This document shows positions 17,197 to 26,420 of a stretch of DNA of 30,424 bases, in pieces (the first letter of the stretch is position 1; each line of letters begins with the position of its first letter). This DNA is from a virus (lineage: Duplodnaviria; Caudoviricetes). The notes under the pieces are model-generated. The model made no database searches, was not told the origin of the DNA, and saw nothing but the letters and a program-made list of their open reading frames with translations. Position numbers and translations under genes: made by a program. The stretch lies in IMG/VR virus record IMGVR_UViG_3300020045_005324, positions 1 to 30,424 of that record; one strand, 5' to 3'.

Positions 17197-17266
17197 AATC
17201 CGCCAAGATTAAGAACTTAACAATTCCCTTTCTTTTATCACTTGGCGGTATAATTGAAGGGGAATT
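17197..17266 (+). ncRNA. Structured 5' leader, kissing-loop copy B
   Basis: AATC[CGCCAA]GATT and AATTCCCTTTC..AC[TTGGCG]GT..GAAGGGGAATT; TATATTTA at 17184. Confidence 0.65.
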
Positions 17267-17274
17267 TACTTTTT

Positions 17275-17976
17275 ATGATAGGAATTTATAAAATTACAAG
17301 TCCGTCAAATCGCGTTTATATTGGACAAAGCATTGATATTGAAAAAAGACTTATGTACTATAAAAACGGACATTCAAAACAACAAGTTAGATTATTTAAT
17401 TCATTAAAAAAATATGGATTTAGCAATCATAAGTTTGAAGTATTATGTGAATGCGAAACGTCAGAACTAAATGAAAAAGAAAGATATTTTCAAGACTTGT
17501 TTAATTGTGTTGAAACTGGATTAAACTGTAAGCTGACAAAAAGTATCGATAGAAAAGGATCGTTAAGTAAAGAAACGAAGCTAAAAATGTCAATTATCAG
17601 AAAAGGTAAAAAGCAATCTTCAGAAACTTGTTTAAAAAAATCTAAAAATATGACTGGAAATAAAAATCCAATGTTTGGTAAGTTTGGAGAATTAAACCCA
17701 TTTTTTGGCAAAAAGCACACAAAAGAAAGTTTAAATAAGATGTCTCCTTTTAAAAAAGGACATAAAATATGTTTAGGTAGAATTTTATCTAACGAAACAA
17801 AAAATAAGATGGGGGTCAGTAAGCGTAAAAAAGTAATAAATACAGACACAAACGAAATACACATATCTGCTAAATCTTTATCAAAAGAAATAGGAATGAA
17901 TTATAATACCTTAAGAAATCAATTAAACGGATCTCATGAAAATAAAACAAAATATAAATACTATGAAAATAATTAA
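17275..17976 (+). CDS. Free-standing GIY-YIG homing endonuclease with NUMOD3-like repeats
   Basis: MIGIYKITSPS.RVYIGQS; S.ETK.KMS and NP.FGKKH repeats; ATG 17275. Confidence 0.9.
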   Translation: MIGIYKITSPSNRVYIGQSIDIEKRLMYYKNGHSKQQVRLFNSLKKYGFSNHKFEVLCECETSELNEKERYFQDLFNCVETGLNCKLTKSIDRKGSLSKETKLKMSIIRKGKKQSSETCLKKSKNMTGNKNPMFGKFGELNPFFGKKHTKESLNKMSPFKKGHKICLGRILSNETKNKMGVSKRKKVINTDTNEIHISAKSLSKEIGMNYNTLRNQLNGSHENKTKYKYYENN

Positions 17977-18664
17977 CGTCGAACAGGGAACTGATGAATG
18001 GCTGTATATTAGATGGGCTAAAATTGGCGGCACAAGGTCAAGTGGGTTGTTTGTAAAATCAGACACATTATTAGAAGAAATATTATCTGAATTGGTAGAG
18101 GATTTTAATGTTTCAGATAACTATATTTCTTTTGAAATGATGCAAGGCAAAGAAAAAGAGCCAGAGGCACGCAAAGCTTTGAATGCTTATTTAGGAATCG
18201 AACTTAAAGAAGTTGGATGGCTGCAATGTGAAGAAATACCGTTGTTAGGCATTTCACCTGATGGGATAACAGAATGCGAAACAATAAGCGCTGAAATTAA
18301 ATGTCCTGCTGCAAAAAAACATTTAAAAACTATATTATCAAATGAAATTCCAAGCGATAATATACACCAATGCCTTCATTATTTTACGGTTAATCCTAAA
18401 TTAGAAAAGCATTACTTTTGTAGTTACAGACCAGAGAATAATTTCAAGTCTATTTTTGTAAAAGAATTAAATATAGATAGTTTAATTGATTTAGGCATAA
18501 CTTATAAGGGCAAAATTAAAGAGGATAGGGGGTTAGGAATTAAAGATTATGTTTGTGAAATTAAAGACATTCGAACCATAAAAGAATGGGTTAAATTAGC
18601 TAAATCAAATGCTAAAGAATTACAAATACAAATAGACGAAAAAATAGAACAATTAAAATTTTAA
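17963..18664 (+). CDS. YqaJ/lambda-exonuclease family protein
   Basis: QGT.EW...R, G...E..AR, SPDG, EIKCP, Q....F; ATG 17963 preferred. Confidence 0.9.
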   Translation: MKIINVEQGTDEWLYIRWAKIGGTRSSGLFVKSDTLLEEILSELVEDFNVSDNYISFEMMQGKEKEPEARKALNAYLGIELKEVGWLQCEEIPLLGISPDGITECETISAEIKCPAAKKHLKTILSNEIPSDNIHQCLHYFTVNPKLEKHYFCSYRPENNFKSIFVKELNIDSLIDLGITYKGKIKEDRGLGIKDYVCEIKDIRTIKEWVKLAKSNAKELQIQIDEKIEQLKF

Positions 18665-18668
18665 AATT

Positions 18669-18938
18669 ATGGAAATCACAGGAAAAATTAAATTTATCGA
18701 TGTCACAAAAGAAGTAGGATCGAACAACTTCAAAAAGCGTGACTTAGTAGTTATCACAGACGAGTCTTACCCACAACACATTTTAATCCAATTTGTAAAA
18801 GATAAATGTGAACTACTTGACAAATATGCAGTTGGTCAGGACGTAACGATTGGTATAAATTTACGGGGTAATGAGTGGCAAAACCCACAAGGTGAAACCG
18901 TTTATTTCAATACTATTCAAGGTTGGAGTATTAAATAA
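18669..18938 (+). CDS. DUF3127 OB-fold (SSB-like) protein
   Basis: MEITGKI...FKKR.LV..TDE.YPQ.I..QF..DK...INLRG.EW...YFNTIQGW. Confidence 0.85.
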   Translation: MEITGKIKFIDVTKEVGSNNFKKRDLVVITDESYPQHILIQFVKDKCELLDKYAVGQDVTIGINLRGNEWQNPQGETVYFNTIQGWSIK

Positions 18939-18942
18939 AAAT

Positions 18943-18977
18943 AAAAAGCACGTGATTAATTTTGCGTGCTATTTTTT
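18943..18977 (+). terminator. Intrinsic terminator
   Basis: AGCACGT / GCGTGCT stem followed by a T-run. Confidence 0.55.
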
Positions 18978-19010
18978 ATTTAAAAATAATTAAACTTAAA
19001 CAAAAAAAAT

Positions 19011-20231
19011 ATGTCAAATCAAAGAAAAAGTTCACAATGGAATTGTTATGATGACAAAATTACAAAAATATTAAACGAAAATAATGAAATAGAGGCAATA
19101 GAAGTAGTAAAAAAATTAGGGGTAAATACAGAAAGAAAGCAGTTTTCAAGATATATAAAAAGGAATAAAAGCCGATTATTAGATACAAATGAAGGGATTT
19201 ATGACGCTTGCGAAAGCATAAATGTAGATTTTACGTCAGCTAAAAACCTTTGGATAAAAACAAAAAACAAAGATGGTAGTGGGGTAAGCGGTTTTGTTGT
19301 AAATCCAAATTACGTTCCGCAAGTTGAAGAAGATAAAATTGTTAAAGAAATTGACTTTTTGTCTATATTTAAGGATAAAGTTGAGCCTATATTTTTAGGC
19401 TTGGAAAGTAACCGATCAAGTCAAGCTTTATTTGACAGATTGGTAATTACTGACATTCACATAGGAATGGATGTAAATAAAGATGGGTACGCTCTATATG
19501 ACGGAGAGTGGAACGAGAAGGTTTTGTTCGAAAGACTTAGAGAATTAATTAAACACACACTTGAAAATAAGAAATCAAATATGCTATTAATTCACGAATT
19601 AGGAGACTATGTTGACGGATGGGACGGAGAAACGACAAGAGGAGGTCATAAACTTCCGCAGAACATGGATAACCAAGAAATGTTTGATGTAGGATTGAAA
19701 TTCAAGATTGCATTAGTAGATAATTTAGTTAAGCACTTTGACAAGATACAATTCGTTAATATATGTAATGACAATCACGCGGGTAGTTTTGGGTATATAG
19801 TTAACAGCGCATTTAAAGCCTATATAGAGCTTAAATATCCGAATAAAATAGAGGTAATTAACCAACGAAAATTCATTGACCATTACATAGTTAAAAACCG
19901 TTGTTTCATATTGACACATGGAAAAGACGATAAGAGTTTAAAATTTGGATTTAAGCCTATTTTAGATTCACCACAAATAGAAAAAATAAAGAATTACATT
20001 GATGAATACAAATTATATAAATACCAAATAGAATTTAGTAAAGGAGATTCGCACCAGTTAATGTTTGATTTTACAAGTAGTACCGCGTTTGAATATCAGA
20101 ATTTTGGAGCGTTTAGTTTACCGTCAGATTGGGTTAAAACTAACTTTAAAAATACATTAAGTTGTTTTACGCATTTCAATTATTTTGAAAATCAAAAGGG
20201 AATAAATAATTATATTTTTAAGAAAATGTAA
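19011..20231 (+). CDS. Calcineurin-like metallophosphoesterase
   Basis: DIHIG, LGD.VDG, NDNH, THG, GDSH motifs. Confidence 0.8.
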   Translation: MSNQRKSSQWNCYDDKITKILNENNEIEAIEVVKKLGVNTERKQFSRYIKRNKSRLLDTNEGIYDACESINVDFTSAKNLWIKTKNKDGSGVSGFVVNPNYVPQVEEDKIVKEIDFLSIFKDKVEPIFLGLESNRSSQALFDRLVITDIHIGMDVNKDGYALYDGEWNEKVLFERLRELIKHTLENKKSNMLLIHELGDYVDGWDGETTRGGHKLPQNMDNQEMFDVGLKFKIALVDNLVKHFDKIQFVNICNDNHAGSFGYIVNSAFKAYIELKYPNKIEVINQRKFIDHYIVKNRCFILTHGKDDKSLKFGFKPILDSPQIEKIKNYIDEYKLYKYQIEFSKGDSHQLMFDFTSSTAFEYQNFGAFSLPSDWVKTNFKNTLSCFTHFNYFENQKGINNYIFKKM

Positions 20232-20243
20232 CAAAATAATATT

Positions 20244-20453
20244 ATGGGAGATATAACAAAATGTACCGGAATTAATTGCAAGGTTAAAGAGTCTTGTAAT
20301 AGGTTTTTAGATAAGCCTAACGAATTTAGACAATCATATTTTACAGAACCTCCACTTGATGGAAATGGAGATTGTGAAATGTATTGGGGAGTATCTCAAG
20401 AAAGTATTTTTAACTATTTAAAAAAAATAACAAATGGCAAAAGTAACGATTGA
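20244..20453 (+). CDS. Small Cys-rich phage protein
   Basis: DITKC.G..C..K..C.RF...QSYF...C..Y. Confidence 0.7.
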   Translation: MGDITKCTGINCKVKESCNRFLDKPNEFRQSYFTEPPLDGNGDCEMYWGVSQESIFNYLKKITNGKSND

Positions 20454-20667
20454 ATTTGATTTAGATAAAGATAATGATTTAAGAGATTATAATCTTTTTA
20501 ATAATTCTAATGGAATGTATAATTCTTTATTTGAAATATCTAAAAACCTAAAAAAGAAAGTAGAATTCCAGATAGAAGAAGATGATAACGGAGCTTTAGA
20601 TTTAGTTTTTAATATTATTTCTGAAATTCTTGAAGAAAATAATGTAATAATAGATAGATTAGAATAA
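20434..20667 (+). CDS. Hypothetical protein
   Basis: Operon packing. Confidence 0.7.
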   Translation: MAKVTIEFDLDKDNDLRDYNLFNNSNGMYNSLFEISKNLKKKVEFQIEEDDNGALDLVFNIISEILEENNVIIDRLE

Positions 20668-20684
20668 ATTTTTGTATATTTGCT

Positions 20685-20768
20685 TATCTTATTGGTGGAG
20701 CACTAAGATACTGAAAGAAATTTTTAAAAAGCCTTACGATGCGGAACTCCACTTCCAATTCGTAGGGC
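20685..20768 (+). ncRNA. Structured 5' leader, kissing-loop copy C
   Basis: TATCTTA.TG[GTGGAG]CA.TAAGATA and GCCTTACGA..GGAA[CTCCAC]TTCC..TCGTAGGGC; consensus TATATTTG promoter at 20675. Confidence 0.75.
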
Positions 20769-20779
20769 ATTTTTATTTT

Positions 20780-22324
20780 ATGAAAAAAACACTTTACCCA
20801 CATCAAAAAGAATTTCTTGACGAAATACTTTTAAAAATTAAAGAAGTAGATTCTGTTTGTTGCCAGTTAAGTACTGGAGGAGGAAAAACTGTAGTATTTA
20901 CAGAACTGGTTAAAATATTAGATTCAAAGACTTTAATTTTAGTTGATAGTATTGATCTTGTAAATCAAACTTTTGATACTTTTAAAAAACAAGGGTTGGA
21001 CGTTGGTTGTATTTTGGCAGGTAATACAAAAATACCAGAAAACAAAATAATTGTTGCAATGGTAAAAAGCCTATGGAACAGACGTAAAAAAATGCCTTTG
21101 TTTCAATATTGTATCATTGATGAATGCCATATTTGGGAGTTCAATAAACTATTTAAATTTTTGCCAAACTGTAAACGAATTGGATTTACAGCCACTCCAG
21201 TAAGATTGAAACGAAATAAAGTAGATTACGAATATAGCGAAGTTGAAACAATGTCACAATGGTATGATGATATTGTATGTGGCAAACCTATAAGTTGGTT
21301 AATGGAACACGGCTATCTTATTCCAGAAAAAAACGAATACATTGATTTTGATAGTTCCGGATTAAAAACAGATGCAAGTGGAGAATTTACAGCATCAAGT
21401 TTAAAAGAAGTATTTCAAAGTGAAACTTATAAAAATGCACTTCGCAAAACTTTTGATAAATTATGCGACGGTAAAAAGACATTACTTTTTACGTCGTCAA
21501 CTGAAACGAATGCTATTTATGCAGAATTATTTAAGGATAAAAATGTTAAAACTTATGATTCGGTAAACAATAATCCAAACGAGCGTGATGATATTGTAGA
21601 ATGGTTTAGAACTACGCCAGACGCACTTTTGATTAATACCGGATGTTTCACAAAGGGTTTTGATGTTTGCGATGTTGAGGTTATTTTAATGGCTCGAGCA
21701 ACTAAAAGCCTTTCTTTATGGATTCAAATTGCTGGGCGTGGCGCGCGTAAAACTTCAAAAATAGAAAAGCCTTATTTTTTATTAATCGATGGAGGGAATA
21801 ATAATGAAGAGCACGGAATTTTTAGTTTTGATAGGGATTGGAAAAAAATATTTTTTGACAAGCAAAGGAAATCATATTTAAAAGATATTTACGAATGTGA
21901 GGAATGTGGTTTTAATTTTGAGAAAAAAGAAAAAGTTTGTCCAAATTGCGGGTGTGAAATTCCAGAAAAAGAACCCCCGGAAGAACAGGAACAAAAGGAG
22001 TTTGTAATTAAAGGACAAAAAAATAAAATATTACCTCCTACTTTAGATTTAGAATTTCACATTATTAAGGGTCATTCTAAATTTGAAACATTAAAGATTT
22101 TAAGAATGAAGTGGATTACTTTTTTATGTAAATTAGACCTCCCATTTAATGACTTTCTATGGCACGAAAATAAAGGCAATTTCCAAATGAGATTTAATAA
22201 ATTTTTAAGGCCGTTATTTTTTAAAATATTAGGATCAATTTTGAAAGATGGAAAACACACAAAATACAATACCGTTTGCGAAAAAATATTAATCGATACT
22301 AAAAAGAAAAAATATGAAATTTAG
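20780..22324 (+). CDS. SF2 DEAD/DEAH-box helicase with Zn ribbon
   Basis: TGGGKT, DECH, TATP, GFD, Q..GRG.R, CEEC..CPNC; ATG 20780. Confidence 0.92.
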   Translation: MKKTLYPHQKEFLDEILLKIKEVDSVCCQLSTGGGKTVVFTELVKILDSKTLILVDSIDLVNQTFDTFKKQGLDVGCILAGNTKIPENKIIVAMVKSLWNRRKKMPLFQYCIIDECHIWEFNKLFKFLPNCKRIGFTATPVRLKRNKVDYEYSEVETMSQWYDDIVCGKPISWLMEHGYLIPEKNEYIDFDSSGLKTDASGEFTASSLKEVFQSETYKNALRKTFDKLCDGKKTLLFTSSTETNAIYAELFKDKNVKTYDSVNNNPNERDDIVEWFRTTPDALLINTGCFTKGFDVCDVEVILMARATKSLSLWIQIAGRGARKTSKIEKPYFLLIDGGNNNEEHGIFSFDRDWKKIFFDKQRKSYLKDIYECEECGFNFEKKEKVCPNCGCEIPEKEPPEEQEQKEFVIKGQKNKILPPTLDLEFHIIKGHSKFETLKILRMKWITFLCKLDLPFNDFLWHENKGNFQMRFNKFLRPLFFKILGSILKDGKHTKYNTVCEKILIDTKKKKYEI

Positions 22325-24485
22325 CTTTTACCAAAATATAAAAGACCTCAACAAAACTGATATTGATTTAGAAAATTATATTGATATTGTTAAAAACGGG
22401 AAATATCAGGATTTAGTTTTAACAGCTAGATCAGTTAAAAAAGACGTTCAGAAATACAAAGAACTCAAAAACCAAATGCCAGTTATAACGGGTTCGGCAG
22501 TTATGAACCAAGGCAGTAAAAATGCTTCAAATATTTTAGAGTTGAATGGTTTAATTGTAGTTGATATTGATGACGATGTAGATTTACAATTGTTAAATAA
22601 AATTAATGAGGATAAATATACTTTTGTTTCTCATCGTTCTTTTGGAGGTGATGGGCTTTGTGTATTTATAAAAATTAATCCTAACAAATTTTTAGAATCT
22701 TTTAACGAAATTGGACAATATTACTGGGACACCTTCAATATTATGATTGATCAAAGTTGTAAAAATAAAAACCGTTTGCGTTTTTTATCTTATGACCCGT
22801 ATATTTTTCAAAATGAAAAAGCGGTTAAATTTATTGCAAAAACAAAAGAAAAAAAGATAGTAAAGAAAGATTTTATTTTTGTTAAGGATGATTTTAGTCA
22901 AATTATAGATAAATTAAAAGGAATTGATCTTTGCCAAGATGACTATAAAAGATATTGCGACATTGGTTTTGCAATAGGCTCAAAGTTTGGTGATTCTGGA
23001 TTAAATTATTTTAAGGCAATTTGTCAAAATGGATCTAAATATGTAGAAAAAGATATTGAAAAACATTATAAAAACTTTTGCAAAGGTGGAAATATTACAA
23101 TAGGTACATTTTATCATTACGTAAAAATCGAAGGAATAGAAGTTTATTCTGAGCTTACAAAGAAAACTATTGCTACTGTGGCAATGCAAAAAACACAGGG
23201 CACACCTACAATTGAAAGTGTAAAAAAACATATTACTGAGGTTTTAAAATTAGAAACCCCAACAGATGAATTAATTTTAGATATTATTAATTCAAAGATT
23301 GATTTACAAGTTGAGAGCGAAGAAACCGAAGTAAATCAATTAAAAAACTTTATTCACGAAAATTACAACCCATACAGGGATTCAATCACTAATGAAATTT
23401 TTATAAACGATAAAATTTTAGATGACATAAAATTAAATTCAATTTACTTTTCTGCTAAAAACTGCCTTGATTTTAACGTGAATAAATCAGACGTTCGCGA
23501 TATGATAAACAGCGAGGCAACTCAGGTTATTAATCCATTAAATGAATTTTTCAGCAATAAAGAGTTTGAAACTGGAAATATCGAAAAATATGCAGATTGC
23601 ATTTATCCAAATTCAGATTATAATCGTTGGGCTTTTAAAAAGTGGCTTATTGGTTCAGTTCATAATTGGATTAGTCCACACCACGAAACAAAAGTAAGCC
23701 CATTGACACTTGTTCTTTGTGGACAAAAACAAGGTACCGGAAAGACTTCTTTTTTTAGAAACTTATTGCCAAAAGATTTAAGAAAATATCTAATTGAGCA
23801 CCGAATTGATGCAAAAGATAAAGACAGTATTTACAATCTTGTAAAGGGACTTTTAGTGTTAGATGATGAATTTGGAGGTTTAGCCACAAAAGATGTGAAA
23901 GACTTCAAAAAAATAGCCGATGCAAACCAAATTGACATACGCTTGCCTTATTCCGCTTTTTATTCAAAAATGAAACGTAAAGCCTCTTTATGTGGAACAA
24001 GTAATGAGCGTGATGTTTTAAAAGATGTTACCGGAAATAGACGTATTTTACCTATTAACGTTGAAAGTATCGATTATGATCGAATGATAAAAATTAATAC
24101 GGATGATCTTTGGCGAGAAGTTTTTGATTTGTACCGTAAAGATTTTGATTGGAAAATATATAGTAGTGAAGATATTGAATATTTAAAAAGCAATACGTCG
24201 TTTAACCTTGAAGTTATGCCAGTAGAAGAGGTATTTTTTGATACCTACTCTTTGGAAGAAAACGGAAAGCACACCGAGGAACAAATTTTAAACCAAGGGC
24301 AAATTTTACACAAGTTAAATGCGGTAATGTCTTTTAATATTTCAAAATATGATGTTAAGGATATACTTACAAAAAACAAAATAATTTACAAATCTTATAA
24401 AAGAAATGGAAAAGTAGTTTTCGGTTTAAAATTATTTTGCGAACCTGTATTTAATCAAAATGTAAGTAATGAACCACCTTTTTAG
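22314..24485 (+). CDS. Primase-helicase (BT4734/VirE N-terminal, PriCT-2, VirE/VapE ATPase)
   Basis: DID, S..G.G, R.RF.SYDP; GQKQGTGKTSF Walker A; LDDE Walker B; TGNRR. Confidence 0.88.
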   Translation: MKFSFYQNIKDLNKTDIDLENYIDIVKNGKYQDLVLTARSVKKDVQKYKELKNQMPVITGSAVMNQGSKNASNILELNGLIVVDIDDDVDLQLLNKINEDKYTFVSHRSFGGDGLCVFIKINPNKFLESFNEIGQYYWDTFNIMIDQSCKNKNRLRFLSYDPYIFQNEKAVKFIAKTKEKKIVKKDFIFVKDDFSQIIDKLKGIDLCQDDYKRYCDIGFAIGSKFGDSGLNYFKAICQNGSKYVEKDIEKHYKNFCKGGNITIGTFYHYVKIEGIEVYSELTKKTIATVAMQKTQGTPTIESVKKHITEVLKLETPTDELILDIINSKIDLQVESEETEVNQLKNFIHENYNPYRDSITNEIFINDKILDDIKLNSIYFSAKNCLDFNVNKSDVRDMINSEATQVINPLNEFFSNKEFETGNIEKYADCIYPNSDYNRWAFKKWLIGSVHNWISPHHETKVSPLTLVLCGQKQGTGKTSFFRNLLPKDLRKYLIEHRIDAKDKDSIYNLVKGLLVLDDEFGGLATKDVKDFKKIADANQIDIRLPYSAFYSKMKRKASLCGTSNERDVLKDVTGNRRILPINVESIDYDRMIKINTDDLWREVFDLYRKDFDWKIYSSEDIEYLKSNTSFNLEVMPVEEVFFDTYSLEENGKHTEEQILNQGQILHKLNAVMSFNISKYDVKDILTKNKIIYKSYKRNGKVVFGLKLFCEPVFNQNVSNEPPF

Positions 24486-24490
24486 CCGAA

Positions 24491-24700
24491 AAGGTAATAA
24501 GGTAAGAAAAAGGTAATAAAAAAATATTACCTCCTAAGCCAAATGACAATAAGACTTAAACCCAAAGGTAATAAGGTAAGGTAAATTTATTATAAACTTC
24601 TACAAATAATTTAATTTTACATATATTACGCATATTATGAATTTTTATATTTTTTCTAAACTCTTTTAAAATAAAAATATTACCCCTAAAAACATTACCT
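24491..24700. repeat. Putative replication origin with AGGTAA iterons
   Basis: Six direct AGGTAA and three inverted TTACC(T/C) copies around an AT-rich core, right after the primase-helicase. Confidence 0.7.
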
Positions 24701-25033
24701 ATGACAGAATCACAATTACAACAAAAAATGATAATTTGGTTTAAAAACGAATACCAAATTAATGGCAAAGGTTTAATTTTTGCAGTTCCAAACGGTGGAT
24801 CTAGAAATATTCTCGAGGCCAAAAATTTAAAACTTACCGGGCAAATGGCTGGGGTTTCGGATTTGATTATTTTACTAAATAATAAATGCATTTTTATTGA
24901 GGTAAAAGTCGAAAAAGGAATCCAAAGCGAAGTACAAAAAGTATTTGAAAATAAAGTTTCTTTACTTGGATTTGATTATTATTTAGTTAGAAGTTTGGAA
25001 GAATTTAAAAATATAGTAAATGATAATTTGTAA
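24701..25033 (+). CDS. VRR-NUC domain nuclease
   Basis: E..LQ, PNGG.R, G...GVSDL, FIEVK...G.QS..Q. Confidence 0.9.
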   Translation: MTESQLQQKMIIWFKNEYQINGKGLIFAVPNGGSRNILEAKNLKLTGQMAGVSDLIILLNNKCIFIEVKVEKGIQSEVQKVFENKVSLLGFDYYLVRSLEEFKNIVNDNL

Positions 25034-25205
25034 ACATTGCCAAAAAAGTTGTAAAAAAGGATCGTTACCTAAATGCGACCAATATAAACCCATTGCATCA
25101 CGCCCAGAACAATTAAAAATAGAAATTAAAGAAGCTTTTAAGATTGGGGATTATGAGAAAGGGAAGGAATTACAGGAGGAGTTGTTTAGAATGAATATGT
25201 ATTAA
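25020..25205 (+). CDS. Small Cys-rich protein with UVR-like C-terminus
   Basis: CKHCQKSC...C; EA....DYE...EL. Confidence 0.6.
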   Translation: MIICKHCQKSCKKGSLPKCDQYKPIASRPEQLKIEIKEAFKIGDYEKGKELQEELFRMNMY

Positions 25206-25262
25206 GTCCTAAACGGTCTTTTATATTGAAATTAGTTGTATCTTTGAAGAAAAATAGAAATT

Positions 25263-25564
25263 ATGAAAACACTTTATAGATATTCAGAAGAATGTCATTT
25301 TGAAGATTATTCCGAAAGCACTAGATTAACCGTTTTAGAATATACGGTTATCAAAGAAACTAAATGTGGTTTCTTTATTAGAAAAAACCAACTAAAAAAC
25401 AGATTTGTTTTGAAAGGCAGCAATGGCAAAAGATTCGCTTACGAAGACAAAAAAACGCACTACATAGTTTTATTTTAAGAAAGAAACGTCAAATATTAAT
25501 CAATGGATATATGATTGAAAAAGCTAAACACGCTTTAGAAATTGCTGAAAAAATAAAACTATGA
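25263..25564 (+). pseudogene. Hypothetical protein frameshifted in an A-run near 25449-25455
   Basis: Adding one A extends the frame (NALHSFILRKKRQ...) to a TGA coupled to the next ATG; TATCTTTG promoter at 25239. Confidence 0.6.
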
Positions 25565-25755
25565 CAACAAACCAAACCACACTAAAACTCCTAATCCAAA
25601 AATCAGGGCTTACAAAGAAAGATTATATGTCAAAACATAATCTACTACAAAGGACATTAGATCGTTGGTTAAACGGCACTAGAATTATATCATTGCAGCG
25701 TTTGGAACAGTTGGCTAAAGAGGATGGATTAATTATAAAAATAGAAGTGATATGA
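25561..25755 (+). CDS. XRE-family HTH protein
   Basis: SGLTKKDY...L.QRTLDRWLNG.R. Confidence 0.7.
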   Translation: MTTNQTTLKLLIQKSGLTKKDYMSKHNLLQRTLDRWLNGTRIISLQRLEQLAKEDGLIIKIEVI

Positions 25756-25937
25756 AATCAGGATATTTAATAGCGTATTTCAATAATGTTTTTAGTTTTC
25801 AAGATGATTATATGTTTTTAAGAATTATAAATAATACAGAAACCAATGAGGTGCATTGTGTTTGGTGGCATAAAGACGATTATAAGCATAATGGAACTAT
25901 TGGACAGTGGAGAGTTAAATCTATAAAAATACAATAA
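25752..25937 (+). CDS. Hypothetical protein
   Basis: ATGA coupling. Confidence 0.6.
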   Translation: MKSGYLIAYFNNVFSFQDDYMFLRIINNTETNEVHCVWWHKDDYKHNGTIGQWRVKSIKIQ

Positions 25938-25938
25938 A

Positions 25939-26418
25939 ATGAAACTAACAAAGAAATTTATTAAAGAAAATGCGGGAATTACTTTGAAAGAAGTATTTCC
26001 AGAGGTGTTTGAAACTGAATTAGTGGATGGAAGATGGTATAAATATAATAATACATTATTTAATTATCAAAAAAATGGCAACGTTTATGGTTTTTTAAGA
26101 GGTGTTTGGAAAAATGATAATAATTGGTTTTGGAATAGTAGTATTGGAGTAGAACCAGCCACACCACAAGAAATTAAAGACGCTTTAGAAAAAGAATCGG
26201 TTAGGAGAGGGTTTAAGAATGGTAATTATAAATGTTTGGATATGCCGCAAATTACTGAAAATAAAGTAGAAAATAATTTCTTCTTTGAAAATAATGGATT
26301 ATGGCACGGAAATAAAGGACGTGCGAATTTGGTATTTAAAAATGGAATCTGGGCTAAAATTATCCCAACAATCACAAAACAAGAAGCTGAGGAACGTTTA
26401 GGAATGAAAATTATTTAA
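25939..26418 (+). CDS. Hypothetical protein
   Basis: Operon packing; ITKQEAEERLG C-terminal motif. Confidence 0.7.
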   Translation: MKLTKKFIKENAGITLKEVFPEVFETELVDGRWYKYNNTLFNYQKNGNVYGFLRGVWKNDNNWFWNSSIGVEPATPQEIKDALEKESVRRGFKNGNYKCLDMPQITENKVENNFFFENNGLWHGNKGRANLVFKNGIWAKIIPTITKQEAEERLGMKII

Positions 26419-26420
26419 TT

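Noticed and set aside
17172-17976. Group I intron around the GIY-YIG gene
   Set aside because: Flanking genes appear complete, non-coding flanks are too short for an intron core, and the ORF has its own promoter
20672-20779. N-terminal extensions of the helicase (TTG 20672) and endonuclease (TTG 17254)
   Set aside because: They overlap the promoter or structured leaders; conserved domains begin at ATG 20780 and ATG 17275
24491-24590. CRISPR array or tandem repeat
   Set aside because: Units are only 6-8 nt, irregularly spaced, with no spacers and no cas genes
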